Source: Octopus vulgaris (lineage: Eukaryota). Taken from it: 64,000 nucleotides of DNA. Both the position numbers and the translations under genes were made by a program. Below the pieces are notes generated by a model, which saw only the letters and a program-made list of their open reading frames with translations, did no database searches and was not told the origin of the DNA. Shown here piece after piece: positions 63,614 through 64,000 of the stretch. Each line of letters starts with the position of its first letter. Positions within the stretch are counted from its first letter, which is position 1. Location of the stretch: contig OX597815.1 in the NCBI GenBank assembly GCA_951406725.2, positions 160,580,001 to 160,644,000 of the forward strand. Direction: 5' to 3'.

Positions 63614-63882
63614 TGTTGTGACGCCAGGTTTCAGATGCCATTTTGTGATCTTCATCTGCGCATGCGCAATGATTAGTGTCTTCCGGAAGGCCTGCCGGAA
63701 CTCCCTTATGCGCATGCGCAGTAATCAGCAGCAGCTAGCTTTTACCGCTATTCTTTTTGCTTTCTGCTGCCGAGAGACAGACCCTATGTCACCAGGACTG
63801 GCCGAACTATTCACTGGCCCAAGAAACTTGCAAAGACTATTTACATTTGACATTTTTCTATTGTGTGTTCGTGTCTACGACA
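63614..63882. promoter_or_regulatory. CpG-rich block with two NRF1-type palindromes and ETS-type sites; possibly a short solo LTR
   Basis: TGCGCATGCGCA at 63657 and 63709, TTCCGGAA at 63681; TGTTGTGAC...GTCTACGACA termini. Confidence 0.35.
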
Positions 63883-64000
63883 ATGTATTTCACTAAACGC
63901 TACAAAACCAACCAATCACAGCAGCGGACACAACTGGTTCTAAGTAGCTGAAGGATGGCTGCTATCTACCACGACGTTACTTGTATTATATCTCTCAAAC

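Overview
Eukaryotic, very AT-rich and microsatellite-dense DNA whose repeat content fits a coleoid cephalopod (octopus-like; inference). No intact protein-coding gene is evident. Most of the window is decayed mobile DNA: tRNA-derived/CORE SINEs, Nin-domain SINEs, RTE, Dong/R4 and CR1 LINE fragments, Tc1/mariner, a Chapaev3-type element, Helitron pieces and solo LTRs. The main result is about 17 type I hammerhead ribozyme (HHR) motifs, some degenerate, from several sequence families; most lie in Penelope-like pLTR/retrozyme-type inserts next to (TA)n tracts. The centrepiece is a near-identical 545-bp tandem array (36101-38333) with one minus-strand HHR per unit, closed by an inverted segment that starts at the predicted self-cleavage site. 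This is a candidate young retrozyme or circular-RNA-producing locus. Long palindromes with head-to-head HHRs and a sharp CpG-density boundary near 41 kb are also present. All calls were made by eye; no searches or folding programs were run.
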